From Pseudovirgaria hyperparasitica (lineage: Eukaryota), in the NCBI GenBank assembly GCA_010093815.1, contig ML996581.1: a DNA stretch of 64,000 nt. One strand, given 5' to 3'. The notes under the pieces are model-generated. The model did not search any database. It had not been told where the DNA came from and was given only the letters and a program-made list of their open reading frames with translations. The position numbers and the translations under genes were made by a program. Each line of letters starts with the position of its first letter. Position 1 is the stretch's first letter. This document shows positions 13,325 to 25,272 of the stretch, piece by piece.

Positions 13325-15673
13325 CTATGCCTTCGGATTGTATTTGTCTTTCCAGATCCTACAGCATAAGACTCGGGTTAGCGATAAATTCTTGAGCATG
13401 TTGTGGAATGACCTGAGAACGGAGGCGGTATGAGCCGGCCAGATGGCTAGATGCCCACCACTGTGTGGGACGAAGAGCGGATTGTCCAGAACGTGGATAG
13501 AGCCATCGTGCCGGTCCGCAACGGGCTGCCAAAAGCGGAGGGAGCGGACCGTAGGAATATCCTGACTTTGCATAGTTTCCATTCGACTCTCATGTGTTAT
13601 GGGCTTTGTCAGATATCGTGCTCCGGCCACCAGACGCCGCATTTCGGAGTGAATTCTTCAAGGAGATGGGGTGAGAAGGAGGATGAATGTGGGCGAGGAT
13701 GTTGACGGATTCCACACATGCAGTGCCACGTGTAACCACACAGCACGTAAGAAGTCGAGTGGTGGTGGTGGTAGTGGTGTGCTGACTCCTTCGCTGTGGG
13801 GTCGGTGTTCCTGGGTCCAGTCGCAGTACTCTTGGTACCAATCAGTGGCCACTCCGGCGCTTCCTGAGTAAATAATGCACCCCCCTTCCCTACCTATCAA
13901 CCACTCTGGGGGCTTGGTACTGAAACGTCCTTCTCCAGATGTTGTATATTGTAGCAACACAGACTGCGACTGCATGCAAGGGTGTAGAACCCAGTGACAA
14001 TGTGACGAAGACAATCCGACTTCACTGGCCACGGGCACCTTGTCCTGGTGCCTCCGTCACTCACTATTCCCAAGTCGTGTTTCGTTCCACAGTAGCAGCG
14101 TCGCGTGGCCATACGTCTTGTCACAACGATGCGAGTCCGAGCAGGCGAGTCGAGTCCGGTGAGGCCAGCCAGAAGACGAGATGGATGGTCAGGAGATAAT
14201 ATTCACTTACCAAGAGTTACCAATCGTCTTACTTCCCTTTTCCTCTGCGAGGCGAAGATATTGTGCGGCTCGGAACTGCTGCATATCAGCCTGTCAAGTA
14301 CAACATCTGTACGGAAGTATGAAGGTATCGACGCCCGAAAAGCGAGGCTGTACGAGCGATGGTTCATGCATTATGAGCGCCACTACTGCCAGGAACCACA
14401 TGCATCTGGTTGTCAACGCAGAGCCCGTTAAGGGTGGCCGTGATGGGCTCGTATGCGGGGGATTAGAAGTCATCAAGCTCACCTTGTCCTTTTTGCATCC
14501 AATACCATCCAGATAGCAGGCAGCCACCTCATTCATTGCATCGGTGTCGCCTAGATTGGCTGCTGTCTCGTAATACGTCTTTGCAGCCACGGGATCCTTC
14601 TTCACGCCCCAACCTTGGCGATAGCATTGGGCCAGCTCGAAGATCGCTAACACGAGTTCGCCCTTCGCGGCGCCGCCCTTTTTCATACCGGCAGATAGCG
14701 CAAGTGACTCGATCTCAGCACTATTCGCTGCGGCTGTTGAAAGGTATGTGATTGCGAGCTCAGGATTTGCGGTGCAGCCCCAGCCGTGCCTGAATCGAGA
14801 CATCAGATGCTGACTGATAGAGGACAAGTGAGGGTCGAGGGCCCATGTCCGAAATATGTAAAGTTACTAACCGTAATGCAAGTCCATATAGAACTTGGCT
14901 GAGAGCATTGTTAGCTCCTTTAGGATCGGCCAGTTTGCCGAACATAATGGTTGACCGTTCAAGATCTGGTGACTACGGTTAGGCGTTTGTAGCCATTCGT
15001 ATGGTTGGCATACATACTGCCATTCTCATGCAATCTAATTGCTTCCTGAATATTCACCTGTCCAGCCGTGAGCACGTAGAAGATACCTAGTACGCAAATA
15101 CAAATAGCATACGTCACCCCCGGCATCGCTCACGCTGACGCTTCTCTGTCTTGAACCTTTGACAGCAGCTTCTTGTAGATTCGGACTCGCTGTTCTTCCC
15201 ATCTGACTTCCTTTGGCCAGCATAGTCGCTCTCTTCTCCCATGTCTCCTCAACATCTTCGTCCTTGACGGCGTACTTCTCGCTACTGATATCTGGCAAGT
15301 CGGTGGGCAAGTTCGTCGAGCTTGCTGACCGAGATCTGCCACTTATATGCAGCATACTGCTTAGTCTATGCTCTTTCTCCTTCTTTTCAGGTGAATTATC
15401 AGAGTGTTTCCGAAACATGCTTGGCCGTTTCTGTTCGCTAGCAGTCGAGCTAAAACCTGAGTCTGATGGCGAGCGTGGTGCATCATTAGGTTGCAAGCCC
15501 TTCTCGGCGGCGGCAAAGGAGGGAGGCTGGATGATTTCCATTGTGGACGTGGTAGTCCGCATGATAGTAAACTCAGGTATATCTTGTGATGGGCGATCTT
15601 TCTCTCTCTGATCTGGTCCATCTGCACTTTCCTGTACCTTCTCTTTCCGTTTGAGCAAATCTCGTAGAGGCAT
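13325..15673 (-). CDS. Sel1-like repeat protein (Nif1/Dsf2-like), 6 exons
   Basis: Sel1 repeats LYGLALRHGWGC, FELAQCYRQGWGVKKD and NEVAACYLDGIGCKKDK. Exon 14275-14211 (FRAAQYLRLAEEKGSKTIGNS) splices across intron 14210-13359 to exon 13358-13325 (W-IWKDKYNPKA*). Confidence 0.85.
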
Positions 15674-16312
15674 ATTTCTATGGAGTCTACGCGCCTTGGA
15701 ACGGTAGCGGTTGTCGTGTATGTTCGATAGGGGTTGGCGCCTGATCGGTGCCCAGGGTTGTGGAACTGGAGCTTAAGCTGATCAGTTTACTCGAAGAATT
15801 GTTCGATAGCGTCTCGGGTTGGCGACATTCGAGGCAACAGTCATTTGAGACTCTAGGACAGGAATGTAAGTCGTTTTGGTTCAGCTGCTGTAAGCCGGTG
15901 CCCGTCGTTGCGCGCCTCAGCCTCAGCCTCGTCGGACTTGGTTAAGTCAGTTGGAAGGTTAACGCTTGTGAGCGGGAGATCAGCCCTGCATAAATAATAT
16001 GTCCCTGGCGGACCTGAACAAAATGGATAATTTAGGTATTCCTCGCAACGAGAATTGTCATTGACTTAAGCACAATTTAAACTAATCACATCTTCGCAAG
16101 TATATCAATATGTTTGTTCTTTCTTTCTTTGTTTCTAATGTGGCTATAAACAAGAGACGAAAAAGACCATTGAACGCCGGTTGTCCCAATAGTGTGTCCC
16201 AATACTGACGCCGTACCGTAGATACCAACCAATTCTACAAGTCCGGGTATCAAAACGCCACGAAGAACGGAGGGTATAAACAAATCCGGAAGCACACAAC
16301 TTACGTGTCACA

Positions 16313-17943
16313 TCAGAGCTTGATGAAATCTCGCTGCTGCGAGAGACCACCCACAACGTCGCTTGCATGAGTATGGGTGAAGAACTCACTAGCTTCATCT
16401 GAGTCGAAGTCCTCGCTGTCGTACTCTTCTCCGTCGCTGGACAGGTCTGGAGAAGTCTCCATGTCGGCTGTCACAGAAGTCTCTGTTGCGGCCTTGCGAA
16501 GTTGAACAGCACGATCAACGTGTGGAAGGCGACACTTTTTGTTGCGGCATAAGCCTTTGTTAGCATAGTCAGGGCACTCATGAACGTGGCGTTCTGCGCA
16601 ATCGACACCTTTCTCGCAGTACCCGATCTTCGCGAAGTCGCTGCAAACCGGGGCAACAGGGTTAACGCGAACGTGGGCATACCGGCAATGCTCATTCGTG
16701 CAGTTCCCACGCAAGAAATGAACACATGCAGGAACACGATGGGCGTTGGGTTCGTGAGACAGATCACAAGCATCGCCGAGAGGGCAGTTTCCCTTAGCCA
16801 AGAAATCCTTGCACATGGCTACTTTGCTGGCATTGTGCGTAAATCGGCAAGCAGGTCCTTTTGAGCATTGGCCTAAGGAAATGTCAGTATGATTGAACAG
16901 AGTAAACAAACCACAGGCTTTAATAAGAGGTGAATCAAAGCATCCATGGTAAGAGAGATGAGGGCTACCAGTTGAAGTGAAGTTCGGACAAAGCTCCGGG
17001 CTTTTCGTGCCGGTTTGTTTCCTGTTCGGTGGTGAGCAGCATCCGATATAAGAAAGGAGAATTGCTGACCTGGTCGCCTTTACTAGTCCAGCACGGTACA
17101 GATTGCCTGTCTTGCTACGAAAAAACTTCACGCCTCCCACTTGAGCTTGTTTCGGTGTGCCGAGGCCTAGACTCGTATTATCTGCAGCGAAATCAGCTGG
17201 ATCATATATGCTTTGAGCATACCCACCGGGGCATCGCGCAAGCTTGCTTCCGCCATCCAGGACGCGAAACTTAATTCCTTGAATCATAATCTCGTGTTTT
17301 CGAGTGTTCATATCGAGTTGATCATCTGTTGATGAGAAGCCATCGTGCGGCTGCGTGTGGGACTTATAGAAGTGTGCTTGAAGTTTGGCTTTCTCGAGTT
17401 GATCGCGTTGTAGCCTCTTTTGCACAGCAGTCTCGGCGATAGCCTGTGTACGCTGTTGACTCACTTGATCGTACACGGCTGTATTGATCAGTTGCATGTG
17501 TCGGTCAACTTTTGAGATCCATTTAGAGTTTTCCTCGCCAGGGACCAGGTGGTTGGCCGGGGCGGTGGCTGTAGCATTTGCGGCACCTCCGCCTGTTGAT
17601 TTCATGATCAGTGTTCGATTGCGGTGAGCGGCAGACCCTCCTCTTCCTCCACGACCTCGAGGTACACCATACGGAGTCCCACGTTTGTAAGCCCAGCTGG
17701 ATCCTCCGCGAGCGTGGCCATGATATTCAGCGTCTGAACTTGTGTCAGTTGAGTATGGGAGACATTATGCTTTGCGCACATACGTTTGTAGAAGGCTTTT
17801 GGTACGGGATGAGAAGACTTCGCGTGTTCTTTATGTTGGCTGATGCGCCCTATTCATATGAGTAACTGAGCTGGACGTGAATACCTGAAGTACTTGCCAC
17901 TTAACGCGGCTATCTTAGCCTGTAGCTCTTGGTCCTCAGACAT
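16313..17943 (-). CDS. Multi-CCCH zinc finger protein (Red5/ZC3H3-like)
   Basis: Start MSEDQELQAKIAALSG at 17943; five introns, the first GC-AG; KFFRSKTGNLYR motif; tandem C-x7/8-C-x4/5-C-x3-H fingers; C-terminus QQRDFIKL. Confidence 0.85.
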
Positions 17944-18528
17944 ATCGAGTGTAGCGAAGCTATACAATCAGCAGGAATATTCTAGTCGAATACGAAGTTC
18001 AGTATGGTATTGATGAGTGGAAACGGCGAACCGAATGTGTAGAAGAAGGAGAAAGTGGTGAAAGAGACGAAGTGGCGCAACTTGCGTTAAAGGGAACGTA
18101 GGCGTAGGTAGGTAGGTACCTAACTAGCATGGATTGGCGCTAGTGCATCTCCGGCTGAGTCGCTGGTACACTCTCTACAGGAATTGTGGTCTTTGACGAG
18201 CCATCATACTCCGACAGAGACTTTTGAGTAGAACTTAAGAAGGCTTTCTAACTAGTACCCGAAAATAAAATTTAACAAATCATCGGGATAGGAAAAGCTG
18301 CGTGCGCCGGTGGCGGGGGACGTTGCCGAGAAATTTAAGTCTGTCTCATAACACAAAACCTCTGTAGATATACAGAAGATTATTTATTTCGCGCGTCCCA
18401 GGTCCAGGTTTATTTCTCGTCGCGTCCCCAAGATCTTACTTACACACGCGACCTCAACATTGCTCTGCTCCACATCATCATCAAGTCCACCAGATTCATC
18501 GCTACCCAGCTGTGTGTTCTGCGCACCG

Positions 18529-19877
18529 ATGCCTCCGAAAAGTCTTGCACTGCGAAAGCAACGGCACCCAACACAAGAGCAGTCGCCACGATGTCCTCTA
18601 TGAGCTCTTCTACAAAGAGAGAAGCTCCGAACAAAGCCAAGTGAGACTATTGTTAATGGCATAAAGGAAACCACTACAGGTACCAGGCTCTCCCAAATCT
18701 ACTTCATACGGCTGTCTATCGTGTTCTGCGTCGCAGCTTACGCTGACTGCGCCGTAGCTAAAGTGAGAAAATGTACAGCATCTGCATCTATGAGTCGTAA
18801 GCAGAAACAACAAGAGACCGAGGCCTTGGCATCGAAGCCAAATACCCAGGGAGCCCCAGCGGCCAGACGCACTGAGAAATCTGTAAAGGAATCAGTAAAC
18901 GTCAAGGCGGCCGAACGACCAAACGACCGAAGCTCGATGCCTACTACGCGCAATTTGTAGGCTTTGCTCAGATCGCCGTTGAGGGCATGCATGCGCTTGC
19001 TCTTGCACACGACAGTAAGATCTACTCTTGGGGTGTTTAAGATACGGGAGTATCAGGGCGCAATACTGAGTGGGAAGGCAGTCTCACCGATGCCGCATTT
19101 GAATCTAATAGCAAAAATGCGCCAATCAACCTTCTCGAGTCTACACCCACGGCAATCTTCTCAGAATTCTTCTCAGACAATGTTGTTTTCACTCAAGTGG
19201 CAGCTCGGGATAGTACAGCTTTCGCAATAACTAACAATCAGCAAGTCTATGAATGCAGAACCTTTCGAGACAACGAATGCAAGACAGGATTCATTGCTAG
19301 TCATGGGTTAGTCAGTCAGTAGATCACGCTAATCTGAATCCTAACACTTACGGGCATCACACAGATTGCTTGTAGTGCTGACCATGTCATTGCTTTAGAT
19401 AACAATGGCAAGATATTTGCTCAGGGTCAAGGGAGTAAAGTCGGCCGGGTCGACGTGTGATACGTTATAGGAACACAGAAGGAATAACACCCGAAAGGGT
19501 CGTCATCGGACGTAAGAAGGCTACTACCTTTGGCTATAGCTTATATTACTACTCCTTTACTATCGATACCAATAGGGACCTCTGGTTTTACGGCTTGAAT
19601 AGTTTTAATGAGGTAGGATTACCCGTAGATGCTAATAATGAAATACACATGTTATCAGCGTGCTAGAAAAGGTAAAATGTACTATAGGTAGAATTACCAA
19701 AAGTGTTTAAAGGGGGTTCACATCGTACTATAGGAGTGACTACTAGCGGGGAATGCTTAGTGTGGAGCTGAAGACTTGATTAAACGAGCCACTGCAGTGG
19801 AATGCGCCTCCCTCAACGACACTCATGTTCTTTCTGCAGGCTGCGGTAGTCAAGTTTCCGTTCTTGCCGCTGCATAA
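18529..19877 (+). pseudogene. Degenerate RCC1/Pim1/Prp20 (RanGEF) paralogue
   Basis: Hand translation: MPPK start; KRPKL..QIAVEGMHALALAHDSKIYSWGV*..ESTPTAI..FTQVAARDSTAFAIT..VYECRTFR..QIACSADHVIALD..GLNSFNEVG..GGSHRTIGVTTSGECLVW..SAGCGSQVSVLAAA*. Multiple stops, frameshifts and deletions. Confidence 0.88.
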
Positions 19878-20144
19878 GCCATAACGGTGCAAATGGTACA
19901 CCGTGGTTATAATTTCCAGCCGCCTGCCGTCTAGGTTCACGCTCGCCACGGCCTGTGGCCGTATATGCTGACGCCATCTTACTAGATAACACTCATACCT
20001 AGTTCCGGCGAATAAGGGCAGACTTGACTGAAGGTGTAGTTGAAAGCTGACGTAGCTGTAGAGACCGCATACCAGCACGCCTTGTAGGTTTCACGGAAGC
20101 CCGCGTATGGATGCCTAAAATTTGTCACATATTTTGCTATCTAC

Positions 20145-21893
20145 TTAGGACTGGAGAACTTTAGTCATCAATTCTCCCAAAGGACTCAGTTCAGAATCTT
20201 CGGCTGTGAATATTCGCTTTGGAATATGGTATTCCACCTCCGGGGCACGCTTGAGATTCTTTTTCAGCTCAGCATCGATCATCTAAAGTCGTCAGCTAAT
20301 CAGTCATCGATTCGACGGAACTACTGACTCCACTGTACGTGTGATCCAGAAAATCTTCCAGATTGTAAGACCGTTTTGTAAATTGTTCCGAAATTACATT
20401 GGCTAGGGTCGCTACATTGGGATGGTAGACTGACTGCAGCGTCTCGATTTCCCACAAAGAGCTTTCGATGGCGCCAGTCTCCATAGGATTCGATTCCTCC
20501 ATATCGAAGGGATCGTCCATGCCCTCTGCCTCTAGCACGACCTTGGTCTGTGGATCGCGGACAACACGGTGTATCATGAAGGTACACGCAGGATGCCTTT
20601 TGAGCATGTTGTAGATCCAAGGTATCACGACCACAATTCCAGCAGGGGGGGCAAAAAGGGACAACCGAGCAAGCCTCTTGATGAAGCTTGCAACCATTAC
20701 AGCAGGTAAGTGTGTCGAGGCCAGAAACTCCTCTAGAAGTCTGAAAAATTTTGATCGATGTTTCGAATGTAGTAATTCGCTGTCTAACAGCGAGTATAAT
20801 TTCTCGTAAAATGATGGGTAGTCCAGGTTCTTCTCCGTCATCAGGTGATAAAGACCAGAAAGAGCGAGGAGCGAAAGTGAGCCTCCCTCATTATAGCAGT
20901 CGGTTAAAAAGTCCATGAGAACTTCGGGCATTAGAAGAAGCGGCACGATGCGCCGGGCCATGATACTCAGGATTCTCTTGCGCTGTTGTTGGCTTAAATT
21001 GCTACGAAACACACTCAGCCAAGCGTCTTGCGCATGTTTCCTGTGTCCGTTCAAGGTCATCAGACCTTTACTTCGTTTCATCGGGACCTCTCCGTAATAT
21101 CTATCGGTAGCGGGTTCAGAATCAAGGGACAAGCCCATATCAGAAAGTATCAAAATCGCATTGCTTGTCGTGGTGGATGTAGTAGCTGTATCCGAAAAAT
21201 GAGATCTTCATCGAAATTAGTCTTTCAATTTACTGGGAAAGGTTGCGGAGCGACTCACATGATGACCGTGAGTGTGTGATATCGAATATCATCGTATAGC
21301 TGCACGTACTTCTGCACGAATTCAGTCTTCACGAAGCCCTCGTCCTCAACGTGTAAGATTGCCAGCAACATCGGGCTGAAAATTCCCTTGCGCCAGGCCT
21401 CACTACTGCCGCTAGCCTGTACTGACTCTTGCTTAACCAACTGCATCAACAAGGTCAGCCCGGTCAGTCTCCTAACAGCGTCTTGCGCTGAAATTTGCTC
21501 AAATAGTATATTGGTGTATTCACGGAGTCGGGCCTCCAGCCACTCTATGATAACACATTCGTTCTCAGATGTTCCATTGCTCTTCAGAAGTGTCTTCTCC
21601 ACAAAGAGGCGGCAGAACACTCGGCATAGAGCTATTGTAGCAGCTTCTCTTGATCGATCCAAAGCCGAAGTATCTTTCGCAAGGCTTAACAACGTCGCAA
21701 TGTTATTGTAATATTGTCGAGATTCGCTGATCTGGGATTCCAAGTGCTCTATCTGAGCTTCATTGCTATGCTGGATGCTTCGCGCCGAAGTAGGTTTTGA
21801 TCGGCGAGAACGATGTGAGTCTTCGTCTTCGAACTTGTCATGATGTCTGCGACGCTTCTTGCCCGCTGTGGGCGCGGGATCTATATACGGCAT
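20145..21893 (-). CDS. NOC4: Nucleolar complex protein 4 (CBF/Mak21 family)
   Basis: LMDFLTDCY, NLDYPSFYEKLY, ASFIKRLARL, SSLWEI and YNLEDFLDHTY; two GT-AG introns; last exon MIDAELKK...VLQS* ends at 20145. Confidence 0.93.
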
Positions 21894-22082
21894 TTGATTT
21901 TGAGATGTCGAAATGTTAAGAGGAAAAACGTATGCAGATCGCTCGAAAAGAATGTTATTAACCTACCTTAGTAGCGAAGCAGATTGGTTATGTAAGGCTT
22001 GGCATTTTCTGATTTCCTCAACTCCCGCCCTGCGCCATAATGAAGAGCTTGAACCACCGCATCCCCGAATCATCACCAAACT

Positions 22083-22972
22083 ATGGCTTCTCGTCTCGCA
22101 AGGACTGCGGCAGGTCAGTTGAAGCTATTTAATGCTACAGACGTGCAATTGATGTCGCTTACCCATATCAGGTGTCGCCCGGGCCCGACCTGTCTACCCT
22201 ATGCGAACCCTACCTGCCCTTGCACAGTTCTCGACCTCATCTCGTTTCAACAGCAACGTGCCAGCTGAGGAACCTAAGAAAAAGGCGCAGTCTATCGTAG
22301 ATGCACTACCAGGTAACAGCTTGATTTCAAAGGCCGCCATTCTCTCCTCCGGTACCGCATTGTCGATCGCAGCCATCAGCAACGAGCTCTACGTTGTCAA
22401 TGAGGAGACTATCATTGCTTTCAGTCTTCTCACCATTCTCTGGGCTGTTGGACACTACGGTGGGCCCGCGTATGGACAATGGGCGCAAGAACAAAGCGAT
22501 AAGATCAAGAACATCTTGAACACCGCTCGGGAAGACCACACGTCCGCCGTTAAGCAACGCATTTCCAGCGTTCAGGACCTCGGAGGAGTCATCGACATTA
22601 CTAAGAATCTCTTCGAGGTTTCCAAGGTATGTCAACATGAGCAGTGATTGTTCCGAGGCTAATGGCCCGTAGGAAACCGCGAAGCTTGAGGCTCAAGCTT
22701 ACGAGCTCGAACAAAGGACGGCTGTCGCCACCGAGGCAAAGACTGTTTTGGACTCATGGGTGCGCTATGAGGGTCAAGTCAAGGCCCGTCAACAAAAGGA
22801 ACTCGCCGAGAGCATCATTGCAAAGATCGAGAAGGAGCTTGAGAACCCCAAGACTCTCAAGCAGATCCTTGACCAGAGTGTTGCCGATGTTGAAAGTAAG
22901 TCGTTGACCATGACTGCGACATATCGAGTAAAGCTAATTGTACTAGGAATCGTTTCTCAAAAGGCAGCGTAA
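22083..22972 (+). CDS. ATP4: Mitochondrial ATP synthase subunit b
   Basis: Presequence MASRLARTAA; AQSIVDALPGNSL, ISNELYVVNEE and LDSWVRYE; three GT-AG introns. Confidence 0.96.
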
Positions 22973-23180
22973 AGCGGTGAGGATAGACAATGGTGGATGC
23001 CATAACTGTTAAATAAGATGTGCAAATAGGAGCCTTTCTTTTGTTGTCACTCGTACTACTCGTATAGAGCCTCCGCATCTTGTATTAGCCTCATAGATGC
23101 AACAAGTGACTACTTACAGCTGCGAAGTGCCACTTGAAATATCTACCGATAATCAATTCTACGCCTAGGCTTTTATGACA

Positions 23181-24893
23181 TTACAAGCGCGATGTAACCT
23201 CGGGAAGCAGGAGCGATTCCATTTTTTTCTTCCACTCTGCTACACACCCATCACTAATCCAACTTGCATCATATGAAACTCCGAAGGATAAAAGGCCTGT
23301 CACGTCCGTCGAGCTACCTACTAGAAATTCACCATCTCTGGCTCTGACTCCGCCGCGTGTGAAAGTCAGCCTTGCGTTCAAATCGTTACTTGCCTCTTTC
23401 GCTGGTTGATGCGCTACGTCTTCGAAGAATTGTCTTGTTGAACCAACATTACTCACACCATTTGTGGCCAATGACGCATCTCGACTTGAGCCGAGAGCAC
23501 CTTGGGGATTGTATGGCGATCTTCGCTGGCCATTTGGTCTTTTGATACCAAAACCCGTATCCAGCTGTGCCAGATATCCACTCGCGAGCAGCCTTGATGG
23601 ACTGTAGGCCGCTAGGCTCAGCTTTCCCGAAGGGCTCCGTATACGCTTTTGATACAAGCTGAGCTTGATCTGGCACTGCTTCAATAGTAACCTAAATCGA
23701 CCTGTTCTTTCCAGGTCACTTGGTAGGAATGGCAGGAGGAAGTTGTCTCCGAAACTGAGCATACACGACTCGGACTGTTTTGTATAACCAAAATATGGCT
23801 TCGGATTCATGGGAAATGACATGATCATTGGCTTCCGATCTGCTGGACGGACGTCTGGGTGGCGTTCTTCTTCTAGTTCCATCATGGAAAGTGCGACAAG
23901 GGCGAAACATGCCGCACCGATGGTCCCCCCTGATTCACGTGTAATGGCCTTTATATGGTCTGTCGCCAACTTCGAGAGGACCACTAGAACATAGCCGCTA
24001 TTGTTAGGCGGTTTGCGATCCCTAGAATAGTCCAGGATATCTTGATATTTTGGCTCAAAGTCTTGAGACGACCTTGTTTCCTTTCGCAAGGGGTTGACGA
24101 AACATGCTGGTAGTGGCTTCCGTACGTGACGCAGGACACGCAATATGGCCCAGAACCAGAGCTGACGTGCTTTGTTACCGGGTATCTCAAGGTATAGATC
24201 CTCTTGGGCTGGTGGAAGTCGAGACTTGATTTGCTCCTGGGTTCGAAATTTGTCTACATTCTCCAGGAGTATTTGTTCAGAAGTATTCAAAAGCCGGATA
24301 AAGTGTGAAAGCCAATTATATGCAGACATACCGTCTGTAATCTCGTGACCCATGGCAAATGCGAACTTCATATTACATTTGTCTTGTGATAGTCGCTCCG
24401 GTGAAGCTACGAAGAGTTTCGATAAGCTTACTTTGGAGTTCAGTAATCTCCCGGTATTGCTTGCATGCAATAGGAAATCAGTCAGATCCAGAGGTGAGTC
24501 TCGCTCTTTTAAACACCCAATAGTCATCTCAGCATCTCTTAGCGCTTCCTCGAAGCCCTCAGGCTTCTGTATCACAAACCACCTCTGTTTATCGGGGCCT
24601 TCCTCGGTAATCTTCGCCATGAGCATAACATGTTGAAGCCGTAAATTCGCCCATGCCAATATCGCCCTACGAATTAACTGCCCGTATCCGATATCGTGTG
24701 AAACCTCAAGGTTGAACACAAAAGTAAGATCGGCGCGGCCCTGATAGTCGTCACCATCCCAACTGAACCAACCCTCGGTCAAGCCATGAGGTCGCTTGAA
24801 AAATGTTTGCTTGGTGCCAGCAATGGTTCGCCAGCAATGGTAATTCGTAGCATATCGCTGAAGCCAGTCTGTGCGGCTTGCTTGTGCGGTCAT
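23181..24893 (-). CDS. CoA-dependent acyltransferase-fold protein with C-terminal PTS1 (SRL)
   Basis: Single-exon 570 aa; AWANLRLQH, HEITDG (HxxxDG) and LPPAQEDLY; ends TSRL*. Confidence 0.65.
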   Translation of the reverse strand: MTAQASRTDWLQRYATNYHCWRTIAGTKQTFFKRPHGLTEGWFSWDGDDYQGRADLTFVFNLEVSHDIGYGQLIRRAILAWANLRLQHVMLMAKITEEGPDKQRWFVIQKPEGFEEALRDAEMTIGCLKERDSPLDLTDFLLHASNTGRLLNSKVSLSKLFVASPERLSQDKCNMKFAFAMGHEITDGMSAYNWLSHFIRLLNTSEQILLENVDKFRTQEQIKSRLPPAQEDLYLEIPGNKARQLWFWAILRVLRHVRKPLPACFVNPLRKETRSSQDFEPKYQDILDYSRDRKPPNNSGYVLVVLSKLATDHIKAITRESGGTIGAACFALVALSMMELEEERHPDVRPADRKPMIMSFPMNPKPYFGYTKQSESCMLSFGDNFLLPFLPSDLERTGRFRLLLKQCQIKLSLYQKRIRSPSGKLSLAAYSPSRLLASGYLAQLDTGFGIKRPNGQRRSPYNPQGALGSSRDASLATNGVSNVGSTRQFFEDVAHQPAKEASNDLNARLTFTRGGVRARDGEFLVGSSTDVTGLLSFGVSYDASWISDGCVAEWKKKMESLLLPEVTSRL

Positions 24894-25272
24894 GGTCAGT
24901 AGTCATGTGGCAGCATTATTTCTTCCTGTGAAGAGGTCTCTTCAAGTACGTGAGCCACATCAACAGTAGCCCAGTATCAAGTGTTCCAGGTTCTCATTAC
25001 CGTGGACCCCACTTCTAGAATGTGTCAGCATAGGTAGCTTACATAAAGTGTAGCCAATAGTAAGTCGTGCTGTCTTGTCAGACAGCAGAACAGTTTAGGA
25101 GACATGTCATTAAATTCGGGAAATTTATTATACGAGCTGCTCGTGAAGAGAACGGGATTACAGCATACCATTGAGGGCCATCGTATGTGACTTGAAAAAT
25201 TGGATCTATGACTATGCTCCGTAACAACACACTCTTTGCCCTGGCTCTACTATGACTGCTTGGGATAGTCTT

